A DNA stretch of 30,144 nt from a virus (Duplodnaviria; Caudoviricetes): positions 1 through 30,144 of IMG/VR virus record IMGVR_UViG_3300020409_000054. One strand, 5' to 3'. This document shows, in pieces, positions 1 through 9,334 of the stretch. Under the pieces are notes generated by a model, which had not been told where the DNA came from, did no database searches, and was given only the letters and a program-made list of their open reading frames with translations. The stretch's first letter is position 1, and every line of letters begins with the position of its first letter. Both the position numbers and the translations under genes were made by a program.

Positions 1-156
1 CGAAGAATGTGTAACACTATGTAATGTTGCATTATGACCATTTCCGGACATGTCTATCCAAGTAGTGCCACTTCCTGAATACGACTTAGGATTAGCAGCG
101 TCTAATGCTAATACTAATCCATCTGTAATTATTTTCGGATTATATGCTACACCCAT
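1..156 (-). CDS. Partial (5' end) LamG/concanavalin A-like virion protein, running off the window edge
   Basis: Manual translation from the ATG at 156 gives MGVAYNPKIITDGLVLALDAANPKSYSGSGTTWIDMSGNGHNATL, the typical start of LamG-like domains in aquatic phages. AGGA RBS upstream. Not in the ORF track. Confidence 0.75.
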   Translation of the reverse strand, partial: MGVAYNPKIITDGLVLALDAANPKSYSGSGTTWIDMSGNGHNATLHSVTHSS

Positions 157-164
157 GTGACATC

Positions 165-2672
165 CTATGCAGTATTAAGTTGGCCACCCATATTACTATG
201 ATTTGAACAATAGTAATATAATGTAGGTGCACTTGCTGCAACAGTTATTTTTGTATATGCACCAAAAGTACCTGGCGTTCCAACTACAGTCACTCCAGTA
301 GTATATTCACTTCCACTTCCATGTGTTCCATTTGCTGTTGTACTGAATCTAAGCGGATGACTTCCTCCAGCACCATTTGAAGCATCAGATTGTATAAAGA
401 AATACGTATTACCTTCAGTAAGTGTAAGCGTTGGACGTTCTACACCGTCAATGTAAAATGCATTAGAACTTCCAGAATCATATGAACTTTTTGGTGCAAC
501 AGTTACTATATATATGGTACTTGGTGATTCACCTGATCTTATTGAATTAATAGTGCCAGTAAAAGCAGATAAGTCAACACCATCAACTGGTCTTCCAGAA
601 TCATTATTACTTACCCCGGTTCCAGTAATAGGAGCAGCTGGAGCTAATGGATCACCAGCTGTATTTTCTTGAGGTACTGTACCAGTAAATGTTGATGATG
701 CGTCTTGACTATCAAGCGTAATTTGTGCGTTTACACCTAATACACCTTGATTGCCTCTACTTGTACCAAGTATTGTAGGTGTGAAATCATTTATAATAGT
801 TGTACCCTTATTAGTAAATCTCGTTCTACCGTTAATTACGTCAACACTACCTACTTTGACAGAAGGAAAGTAATTTCTAGGTAACAATGCAACAGAAAAA
901 TCCCCGTGAGGACCATAAACATATGATCTACTAACTTCAGTTGGTGGTATGGCCTGCTCAACATCACCACCAGTGGTATTGATAGTGAGTAGATATCCTT
1001 GTATAAAACCATCTTCATGATAACAATGACCTCTATAATAAAAGTCTGACGGGTTTGTTCCTCCACTATTACCAGCACCGTAGGCTCCCATACTAATACA
1101 AGTTTTATTGTCTGTGTTCATAGTAAAAGTAGAACCAGTAAAAGTTGTGAAAGTTGTTTGTGGATAGCTTTGAAACTCCCAAGAAAAAGGATTATTTGAA
1201 TTACCCCAATTATTTGGACTAGAAGGTGAACCTAATAAACTCTTCATTTGAGTTGTACTTAAAACTGTTCCTGCAGTTACTGTATTTCCATTCGGTAAAC
1301 GTATTGGTAAACTTCCACTACGTAATTGAAGTCGATATCTTGATCTTTGACCACCAGTTGACCCACCAACATTTGAAACATCGTATGGAAAAAAATCAAC
1401 TTGCTGTGAAATATCAACAGTAAATGCGCTATCAATAACATTGATACCTGCACTCGATTGATTTATTACAGTTGCTGTTGGCTTTTCACCGGAAAAACTC
1501 CATGATTCAGCAGTTGATGCTGAATTAACTACTGTTGCTGAATCATTTGCTGGTACAGAAGAATCAGTACCACCTGCTAAAGAAAAATTTATAGGATTAT
1601 CATTGTTATTTTGTACTACTGCCCTTTTGCCTTCTGTAAAAATACCTGTGGCAGGCAATCTCATTGTAGTGCCACTTGGTAATGGAGAAGTAGCATCTAT
1701 GTTAGTACCAAAGTATAATCCACCTGCATAGTAAGGAGTATTGCCCGGCCTATACGTATCAGCCTTCCATCTCGCTGTAATGTCTAAAGCTACACCGCCA
1801 ACTGTAATTACCCAAGTATAGCATCTCTCTTGAACACCGAAGTATGGTTCAGCACCACTATTATTTCTAGTGGAATATCTTGTCTGAGAACCAGTGATAG
1901 TCCCTGTACCACTTTCAAATGTAGAATTAGTACCATCGTGTTTTAATATAGCAACAGCTCCGTTATGAGGAACTCTTAACTCAAATCTACCAGCACCTAT
2001 TGAAAATAATGCACCAAACTGAGCGCCGGGTTGTCCACTCGAACTTTGCATTACATTGCTACTTCCACTTATATCTTGCATTAATGTATTTTGATATGCT
2101 TGCCAAGTAGAGTTATTATATTGAATAGTTACAGGTGCAGAAGAAGATGCTCCAGGCGGAATTGTGCCAGGAGGATTAGCGGTATAGTAATATTCAGGAT
2201 AATAAGCATAAGCATTTATCGGTCCAAAATAAGTACCGTTTCTTACTTCTATTAAATCTTCAAAATCGTCTCTAGCTGGAAATGGTATATCATTATCTTG
2301 TACATCTATAACAACTGAACCGGTTGAACCAAGACCTTGTGTAGCTGAATCTACTGTAGCGTCACCAGTACCATTTCCTGAAAATGACAAACTACCAGAT
2401 GAAGTTATAAATCCATTACCTTTTAAAGACAACTCAGTAGAATCATTGTTATGAATGATAGGACTTACGCCACCACCACTAATGGTTTTACCATTAACAT
2501 CTAATATAATTTTTTTATGCTTATTATTGTTTGGTATAGTTATTACACCATTAACACTTTGTGTTAATTTATAAAACTGAACTGAGGCATCTGCTGTTCC
2601 AGTTAAAGGTACAATAGGACCGGATGAGTCAACTTCTGCAAATCCAAGTTGTGCAACAAATGGTACTCCCAT
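165..2672 (-). CDS. Tail fibre/receptor-binding-like virion protein with a C-terminal cupredoxin-like domain
   Basis: 835 aa, rich in G/S/T/N and beta-prone, located in the tail module. The C-terminus has SHPLRFS...LYYYCSNHSNMGG. Confidence 0.6.
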   Translation of the reverse strand: MGVPFVAQLGFAEVDSSGPIVPLTGTADASVQFYKLTQSVNGVITIPNNNKHKKIILDVNGKTISGGGVSPIIHNNDSTELSLKGNGFITSSGSLSFSGNGTGDATVDSATQGLGSTGSVVIDVQDNDIPFPARDDFEDLIEVRNGTYFGPINAYAYYPEYYYTANPPGTIPPGASSSAPVTIQYNNSTWQAYQNTLMQDISGSSNVMQSSSGQPGAQFGALFSIGAGRFELRVPHNGAVAILKHDGTNSTFESGTGTITGSQTRYSTRNNSGAEPYFGVQERCYTWVITVGGVALDITARWKADTYRPGNTPYYAGGLYFGTNIDATSPLPSGTTMRLPATGIFTEGKRAVVQNNNDNPINFSLAGGTDSSVPANDSATVVNSASTAESWSFSGEKPTATVINQSSAGINVIDSAFTVDISQQVDFFPYDVSNVGGSTGGQRSRYRLQLRSGSLPIRLPNGNTVTAGTVLSTTQMKSLLGSPSSPNNWGNSNNPFSWEFQSYPQTTFTTFTGSTFTMNTDNKTCISMGAYGAGNSGGTNPSDFYYRGHCYHEDGFIQGYLLTINTTGGDVEQAIPPTEVSRSYVYGPHGDFSVALLPRNYFPSVKVGSVDVINGRTRFTNKGTTIINDFTPTILGTSRGNQGVLGVNAQITLDSQDASSTFTGTVPQENTAGDPLAPAAPITGTGVSNNDSGRPVDGVDLSAFTGTINSIRSGESPSTIYIVTVAPKSSYDSGSSNAFYIDGVERPTLTLTEGNTYFFIQSDASNGAGGSHPLRFSTTANGTHGSGSEYTTGVTVVGTPGTFGAYTKITVAASAPTLYYYCSNHSNMGGQLNTA

Positions 2673-2679
2673 AAGTTAC

Positions 2680-3429
2680 CTATCCTTTAACAGTTTCAAT
2701 AAAAGAAAAGTGGCTTCCGTTAAAAAATCCTACTGCTAATTCAACAGATGTTCCTAGTGAAACACCTTGCGAACCTGTTTTCCAATTAATTTGTAATGTA
2801 TTTCCAGAACTATCAATTTTATCAACTACTACGGTTTGTCCTATTTCTAAACTTCCTACATCAACACTTAATGTCATATTTCCTGTGCAGTTAACTCTTA
2901 AATATTGATCATTACTAGCCGAAGGAGCAAATGATTGTGCACCTGCACCTGATATTATACTCGGTAAATCGCCTTTGCCGGGCCCTTTATATACAAACGT
3001 ACCACTGGTGGCATCATATGTAAGTGAACCACTTCCACCTGAATCTTGTACTTGAAATAAACTTCTTACTTCAGATGAGTCAACTGAAATATTACCAGAG
3101 GCAATATCAACTCCATAACCACCCGCAAAATGTGAACGTACGCTATCAGCACTTGGTCCTGTATAAGTTATGTTACCAGTAGCTGAATCATAAACTAAAC
3201 CTCCATCACCTCCAGCATCAAGAACTTGAAAAGAACTTCTTGCTGTTGATGTAATATCTGCAGAATCAAGTAAATCAGTTTTTAATTTTAATTCATTTAA
3301 AGCACCAACAATGTCAGAATCTTCTGTTGTGTTTAAGTTTGCTAAGTCACCAATTGTATTTGATAATTGATTTGTTTTCGTTACCCACGTTGTTACCGCA
3401 TCTGATAAGTTAACTGTAGTTTTAGCCAT
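2680..3429 (-). CDS. Short fibre-like virion protein with two internal repeats
   Basis: 249 aa. The N-terminus (VNLSDAVTTWVTKTNQL) resembles fibre attachment segments of T4-like phages. Contains two 29-aa repeats. Confidence 0.55.
   Translation of the reverse strand: MAKTTVNLSDAVTTWVTKTNQLSNTIGDLANLNTTEDSDIVGALNELKLKTDLLDSADITSTARSSFQVLDAGGDGGLVYDSATGNITYTGPSADSVRSHFAGGYGVDIASGNISVDSSEVRSLFQVQDSGGSGSLTYDATSGTFVYKGPGKGDLPSIISGAGAQSFAPSASNDQYLRVNCTGNMTLSVDVGSLEIGQTVVVDKIDSSGNTLQINWKTGSQGVSLGTSVELAVGFFNGSHFSFIETVKG
2980..3240 (-). repeat. Two 29-codon protein-level repeats (3154-3240 and 2980-3066)
   Basis: RSSFQVLDAGGDGGLVYDSATGNITYTGP versus RSLFQVQDSGGSGSLTYDATSGTFVYKGP. Confidence 0.85.
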
Positions 3430-3631
3430 CTAATTTCTCTATAATTTTAGTTAACATAATCTTAATATCACTTACTTCATTTTTTAAATTTTCAAACTCT
3501 TTTTCTTTTTCTCTTCTTTCCAGCTTTCTTTTTCGTGCAGCTGATATTTCTTGTTTATTTATATTAAGTATCATACCTGTTTCAGTATCTTTAACTATTC
3601 CATTATGACCTTCAACTTTGATATATGACAT
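3422..3631 (-). CDS. Small conserved coiled-coil hypothetical protein of T4-like phages
   Basis: 69 aa, with KVEGH..VKD..TG.ILN followed by a charged heptad-like helix. Overlaps both neighbours, suggesting translational coupling. Confidence 0.7.
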   Translation of the reverse strand: MSYIKVEGHNGIVKDTETGMILNINKQEISAARKRKLERREKEKEFENLKNEVSDIKIMLTKIIEKLDG

Positions 3632-5196
3632 TACGCCGCCAGTGCAATAATTCTTAAATCAGTTATTCTTGGAACTTTTGCTTGATTAGTACTTCTAAAA
3701 ACTATTTTAAGTTGAAATTTATTAAAAGGTTCCATATTTCCACCTTGTCCACCTATGAGATAGTTATATTCTCTAAAAACGCCTGGATCTTCATCTGACC
3801 CTATGACAGTTTCTTGTGTTGCTAAAGTATATTTTTTTTCTCTTATATTTTCATCAGCTTCTGCTGTTCTAAAAAAAACTTGAAAATCAGACGTGCTAGG
3901 TCTATTAGCCGCTAATATTACTTTTAATCCAACGGCAGCATCGGCTAAATTATAAATACGTGTTGAGTATTTTGAAGCCGCACTTCCTGCAGTTGATGAA
4001 GTTTCATCTACATAATTTAAAGGAACGTTAAATCCTATCGTTGCGGCAGAATCTTGTTTGTCAATTATATTATTAACTAATGTAACTGAAGACCTTTGTA
4101 AATCAATCATAGGTGATGCGTATGAATCCCAACCATTCATTGTTACTGCCATTTCAAATGACTTATTACCTGCACCTAATTGAGCGTTTTCTTCACTATC
4201 GTTTGCAACTAAAAACAATTGATTTGAAGTATTATTAGCATTAAGTTTTACATTTCTAAAATCAGGTAATTTTTGAAATTCAGTTTCTGCACCTGCTAAA
4301 GATTTAGCAGTTGTTGTTTTTATTGCTGCGTTTATTGACGTGCTTGATGGTGTTAACATAGCCATGTGTGGATAAACAAGACTATAAATTATATTTTTAT
4401 CAGATTGTACTAATGTTCCTCCACCAATAGCGTCTGAATCTGCGGCGCTGTCTGCAGTAAATGTATAACCAAAAGCATCTCTTGCAACTACGTTATGTCC
4501 TTTATTTAGTAAATTTAAACCACCTACACCACTTGAATCGATTCCTGATAGTGTAAAATTGTCTCCTACTTGTAAACCATGATTTAAATGATTTACAGTA
4601 ACAGTTTGCGACCCTGCTGTTGTTGTTATTGGATTTGGTTTTAATAATTTTCTAGGCACTGATGCATTAAAAAATCTTGCCTCTGCATTCTTATGCTTGA
4701 AAGATGCTCTGTGTAATTTAAAAGTTAAGTCTCTATTTTGTGAAGGTGTGAATGTTACACCATTTTGTGAATAAAATAAACTTCCAGTTATAGGTTGTTT
4801 ATTTACTCTTTTTTCAGTGGATCCTACTACAAATTTATTTATTTCTGCAATATAAACTTCAAAATCTTTTGAATCTGCAACTATTACTACGGCAAAGTCT
4901 GTTAAACCTTTTAAATATACAGGTTCTTCAAATATAAATTCAGTTGAGACAGATGCATCGTCAGACGTATCCGATGAAGTTAATCCAGTTTTTGATGAAA
5001 TAGCACCAGGCAAAATTAATGATGGTGAAGGAGTACCATTAATCATTGGACGTAATTGAACTTGTATCGGTGATGAATCAACAGCTCTAAAATATAAATC
5101 TATTTTAGTGCAATAAATACCTCTAGGCTCATCTATAAAAAAAGATTGCGCAAGCGGTTGCTTACCTATTTTATAACCTGTTGAAGTTACTGCCAT
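3631..5196 (-). CDS. Virion structural protein, equivalent to the C-terminal part of DUF4815/VrlC-like large baseplate proteins
   Basis: 521 aa. Begins with the PLAQSFFI...KIDLYF motif and ends FNKFQLKIVFRSTNQAKVPRITDLRIIALA, both typical of this family. Confidence 0.75.
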   Translation of the reverse strand: MAVTSTGYKIGKQPLAQSFFIDEPRGIYCTKIDLYFRAVDSSPIQVQLRPMINGTPSPSLILPGAISSKTGLTSSDTSDDASVSTEFIFEEPVYLKGLTDFAVVIVADSKDFEVYIAEINKFVVGSTEKRVNKQPITGSLFYSQNGVTFTPSQNRDLTFKLHRASFKHKNAEARFFNASVPRKLLKPNPITTTAGSQTVTVNHLNHGLQVGDNFTLSGIDSSGVGGLNLLNKGHNVVARDAFGYTFTADSAADSDAIGGGTLVQSDKNIIYSLVYPHMAMLTPSSTSINAAIKTTTAKSLAGAETEFQKLPDFRNVKLNANNTSNQLFLVANDSEENAQLGAGNKSFEMAVTMNGWDSYASPMIDLQRSSVTLVNNIIDKQDSAATIGFNVPLNYVDETSSTAGSAASKYSTRIYNLADAAVGLKVILAANRPSTSDFQVFFRTAEADENIREKKYTLATQETVIGSDEDPGVFREYNYLIGGQGGNMEPFNKFQLKIVFRSTNQAKVPRITDLRIIALAA

Positions 5197-5205
5197 ATAT
5201 ATCCC

Positions 5206-8200
5206 CTATTTCAAAAATAATCCTGTTAAGAAAAACGTTATAGTTTTATAATAATAATTATAAGCCGCTTTTAAATCTTTTTTAAGTCCTCTTCCATAAG
5301 CAATAAAATCTTTAAACTCTTTATATGCTTTTTTGTGTTTTCCTACATTAAGTAATTTAGTACCCCAGTTTCTATAACCTCTTCTAAAAGCTTCACCATA
5401 CCAGCTTCCGTGATATTTATTAGTACACCAAACAATTGCTTTATGTCTTTCTAGAAGTGTAAATGCTCCAGTACTTAAACCGTGTGTTGCAACAACGCAT
5501 TGTTCACCATGATCACCAGTTTGTTCACCTGTTCCACCAGATGTGCTTTCTGGATTATCTGGAACACCATCATCATTCGTATTATAACCTAAATCTTTTC
5601 TATAATTGTTTTTTGTGCTCCAGCTGTTTCTTCTACCAGAAAGAATTGATTCAAGAGTTAAATTTCTATCAGCAATGATTGTACCTCCGGTTATGTCAGG
5701 TCCTCCATCATTATCATAGATATTTCTTCCTCCGCCTCCAGTCAATCCATAAATATCCACGCCTTGAACATTTAGTTGCCTTGTTGCGTTATATTCACCT
5801 TCTCTTACTTCAATGAAACCTAAACTGGCATATGGTGCTTTAGCTACTGCAGCAGCATTTTTTTCATCATCTACACTTATATCCATAATTTTAAATTGTT
5901 TTGTTCCAGATTGAATTTTTAAAGCATCATTATTTGGTACTATAAAAGAACCAGATACCACGCCATCACCATCAGAAACTAATGCATTTTGTCCGTCAGG
6001 ATGTTCAGTTAATCCTTTTAAAGTGTCTCCGAAATCAGTAGCATCATCTGAATATCTTTGAAAACCTGAAGGACCAGTTTGTCCTTTAGTAAATGCACTG
6101 ATATTAACTCCATCTAAAAATGGAAAATATAAACTGTTAGGTCTTAAACCTTCAGCTTTAAAAAACACTTTTTTAGAGCGCATAAAAGGTATATCTTTAG
6201 TTTCGAGAACTCTGTCTTCGACAAGTTCTAATATAGTTTCCTCACTTACAATTCTATTTACAATATCATGATTACTGTTTGTTTGACTTCCAACAGTAAG
6301 TTCATCTATTGGTACACCTCCCCAGTTCCATGACCAATTGTTCCAGTTGAATGCATTAACTGCTGAAAGTTTTGTTACGCCAGTATTAACTATTTTCTTT
6401 GGTCTTCTATCCACATCTCTCCATTCGTCAGATTGAGGTGATAGTGTTAAAGTGCCGTCATATATAGTTACTGAAAATGGATTAATTTTTATTGCATCAC
6501 TTGCTGTAGTTTGACTAATATATTCTTGATCATCATATGCGATGTAAACGTTATCCCCTCTTTTAACGGTTTTTGATGTGCCTCCGTTTGCTGTGGCTGA
6601 AGCTGCTGAATCATATATCAATCTAATATTTTCTTCAATACATGCCGGCCTAATTACATGTTCTTGAGGATCAAGCGCATATCTTTGTTCTCCAAGCTTT
6701 GCAGCAAAGTCAGCTCCAACAGCATTTACAAAATTATCTACAATAAAACCAGATTTTGTTCTGTCATTTCCTGCTGAATCTAGTACTTGAAAAAACTTTG
6801 TATCTATTTCTAGCAAAGACAATGCCGCCATCTCTTCAACTTTATCAACTCTTTTTTCAAGTCTTCCTATATCTTTCATAGTAAATCTTTTATGATCAAT
6901 CTTTGATATGGATAAATCTGATTCATTAAGTGTAGCTGCACCAAAAACTATATCATAAAGTGGTAGTGTTTGATCTATTTTATTTGGTGGTGTAGGATTA
7001 AATGCAGCTGGTCCTGGTACTAATGTAATGAGTCCGCTTCTGCCTATAACCAACTTAGCTGATTGTGCTAAGTTATACGTTATATCAGAGTTAACGACTG
7101 ATCCCGGTTTTGGCTGTTCTATTAAAATCGGACCTCCAGAATCAAATGAACCTTTAGTGCCTACAACAGGTCTAAAATCTAAGTAATCTCTTAAGTTTAT
7201 AAGATTTCCATTTGCTCTTCTAAAATTAGGTATTTGTGAATATTCTATTTGACCAGTATAAGAATTTGCTGCAAAGAAATCACCGCTCCCTGGAGATGTA
7301 AAATGTCTAAAAGTTATTGAAACGTTTCCGCTTGGTGCAGATTGTCCACCATTAAGAACCAAGCGACCTAAACCATAATGATCATCTCTTTGACCGTTAT
7401 CAAGTGAAAATCTATTTAGAACGCTTACATTACTGTCTGAAGCTAATACCGCACTTTGTATATCAAATATGTCTGGTTTTTCAAGATTTATGAAAGCAAA
7501 ATTATTTAAAGAACCATCGGATTCAACAGCATTTGAAACAGTTGTTGTGTTTAAAACTTTTTGCCTTATGCTGGCTTGACCTTTTTGAACATAAGATAAT
7601 AATTCAATATTTGATGCACCGTTAAATCCAGAACTAACTCCAAAATCTGCAGTTCCAGCAACTTGATTTGTATTAGTAAAACTTATTGTAGGAGTTAAGC
7701 GTGATATAGCACTGTCAGCAGGTGCAAATATCCAGTCATTTTGATCTGTAAAAGCCTCACCTGGGCTAGTCAGCGGATCAAGTTGTACAACACCTGAGCT
7801 GTTTGCACTTAATCCAGATTGTCTCCTTTGAGCAGTGTAAACAATATTTGAAATTGTTTGAGGTCTACCGAAAGGAACTTTAAATAAACTTGTATTCTTA
7901 TTTGCTTGTTTCAATATGCCTTTAGAGTTTTCTAGTTTTAAATCGAAATAATTTGATGTGCTAGTACCTATAGACTTAACATCTCTGAAAGAATTACCAG
8001 AATTTAGTTGTATGTCCATTAAGTGAAACTTTAATTCACTACCTGTTCTTGAAACAGCTTTTACTCTAGCACTACCAATTGTACTTCCACCATGAGAATC
8101 TTCAGTTCTTAAATTTAATTTTTCAAACGTATTAATATTCGGTAAACCTTTACTTGTACCACCGCCATTACCGTTTCCAGTAGGATCATTAATTACGTGA

Positions 8201-9324
8201 TTGCCAAATTCTATTCCAGTGGCTTCTGAAGAGTCAAACAATGTTGCAGTTGGTTTAGCAACACGAATAGTCGTTGGAAATGTTCTTGCTGCTCTATAAC
8301 CGTCAACTACAACAACACCATCACTTACTTTTAGCAATAAGTGTGTATTTTCGGAATCTGGTTCAAAATTAATTTTGAAAGGTTTTACAATATAATCGCC
8401 TGAATTTTCAAATATTCTTTTTGCAACTACGTCATTTGGAATGTTATAAGCAGAATACGTATCAATTGCACTGTAAATTCTACCTTTTCTTATAGATGCA
8501 ACATGGATAAAATTTTCACTTGCTGTTAATTCAGATCTCTCAGCTATAGTTAATCTAATTCTATAACGATCAGCTCCTGGAGCAGTTAAGTTAGGTACAG
8601 AACCTTGATTATCGTAAAGTGAATTATCATCACTAGCAGTTATTACATCTTCAACAGATTTAAAACCAATATCTGTTGTAGGAATATCATTATATTTAGA
8701 TATTATTTTTGTTTGGTTTTCAGTAAAAACAAAATTATTTCGAGCATAGTATATGCCACCTAAGATTGTAACTTGTGTACCAACACCGACTGGAGGTGTT
8801 GTAACACTAGCTGGCCCAACTTTTAATGTTTCTGCAATTCCAGAAATGTTTAATGTTTCACCGCCAGACATTCTTACTGTAACAGTATCAGATGCAGATT
8901 GAGCACCATCTGTTTTTAAATATTTCACATATAATGTTGCTGGTTCGTTTGGCGTTACCGTATTGTCTGCAGTTACAACTTCAAGAACTTCTGCTTCAAT
9001 TGTTGATGAAGCACCAGTAATTGTTCTACCTAAAACACTAGCTGAAAGATTACTAAGTTTATTTGCGTTTAAACTTTCATCTAATCTAATAAATTCGTAC
9101 TTTGGATTAATATTGACGCCACCCGGTTTAACCACAGCACCTTCTTTAAATACGTTATCACCTAATCTTGATATTTGATTTTGTAATATTGTCTGTAATT
9201 GTGTAAGTTCTCTTGCTTGTAGACCTACACCTGAATTAAATAATATTCTGTGATATCCGTTACTATCACGAAAATCGTCTTTATAAGTACTTGAAAAGGT
9301 GTTTTCAGTTAATGTTGTAGCCAT
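5206..9324 (-). CDS. DUF4815/VrlC-like large virion protein (N-terminal part) with an added Cys-initiated C-terminal module
   Basis: 1372 aa. Motifs include YKDDF..YHRILFN...LQARELTQLQTILQNQI, APGADRYRI, SGDYIVKPF, RFTMKDIGRLEKRV and KSGFIVDNF. Lies directly downstream of gp8. Confidence 0.8.
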   Translation of the reverse strand: MATTLTENTFSSTYKDDFRDSNGYHRILFNSGVGLQARELTQLQTILQNQISRLGDNVFKEGAVVKPGGVNINPKYEFIRLDESLNANKLSNLSASVLGRTITGASSTIEAEVLEVVTADNTVTPNEPATLYVKYLKTDGAQSASDTVTVRMSGGETLNISGIAETLKVGPASVTTPPVGVGTQVTILGGIYYARNNFVFTENQTKIISKYNDIPTTDIGFKSVEDVITASDDNSLYDNQGSVPNLTAPGADRYRIRLTIAERSELTASENFIHVASIRKGRIYSAIDTYSAYNIPNDVVAKRIFENSGDYIVKPFKINFEPDSENTHLLLKVSDGVVVVDGYRAARTFPTTIRVAKPTATLFDSSEATGIEFGNHVINDPTGNGNGGGTSKGLPNINTFEKLNLRTEDSHGGSTIGSARVKAVSRTGSELKFHLMDIQLNSGNSFRDVKSIGTSTSNYFDLKLENSKGILKQANKNTSLFKVPFGRPQTISNIVYTAQRRQSGLSANSSGVVQLDPLTSPGEAFTDQNDWIFAPADSAISRLTPTISFTNTNQVAGTADFGVSSGFNGASNIELLSYVQKGQASIRQKVLNTTTVSNAVESDGSLNNFAFINLEKPDIFDIQSAVLASDSNVSVLNRFSLDNGQRDDHYGLGRLVLNGGQSAPSGNVSITFRHFTSPGSGDFFAANSYTGQIEYSQIPNFRRANGNLINLRDYLDFRPVVGTKGSFDSGGPILIEQPKPGSVVNSDITYNLAQSAKLVIGRSGLITLVPGPAAFNPTPPNKIDQTLPLYDIVFGAATLNESDLSISKIDHKRFTMKDIGRLEKRVDKVEEMAALSLLEIDTKFFQVLDSAGNDRTKSGFIVDNFVNAVGADFAAKLGEQRYALDPQEHVIRPACIEENIRLIYDSAASATANGGTSKTVKRGDNVYIAYDDQEYISQTTASDAIKINPFSVTIYDGTLTLSPQSDEWRDVDRRPKKIVNTGVTKLSAVNAFNWNNWSWNWGGVPIDELTVGSQTNSNHDIVNRIVSEETILELVEDRVLETKDIPFMRSKKVFFKAEGLRPNSLYFPFLDGVNISAFTKGQTGPSGFQRYSDDATDFGDTLKGLTEHPDGQNALVSDGDGVVSGSFIVPNNDALKIQSGTKQFKIMDISVDDEKNAAAVAKAPYASLGFIEVREGEYNATRQLNVQGVDIYGLTGGGGRNIYDNDGGPDITGGTIIADRNLTLESILSGRRNSWSTKNNYRKDLGYNTNDDGVPDNPESTSGGTGEQTGDHGEQCVVATHGLSTGAFTLLERHKAIVWCTNKYHGSWYGEAFRRGYRNWGTKLLNVGKHKKAYKEFKDFIAYGRGLKKDLKAAYNYYYKTITFFLTGLFLK

Positions 9325-9334
9325 ATTATTTTCC

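Noticed and set aside
165-2672. Diversity-generating retroelement target, or a two-unit duplication in the fibre gene
   Set aside because: No reverse transcriptase or template repeat is seen in the window, and the internal similarity is too weak to support by eye.
5206-5499. Canonical intein or split intein at the DUF4815 break
   Set aside because: No TxxH block or terminal HN/N-C/S/T motif is visible. Kept only as a non-intein Cys-initiated module.
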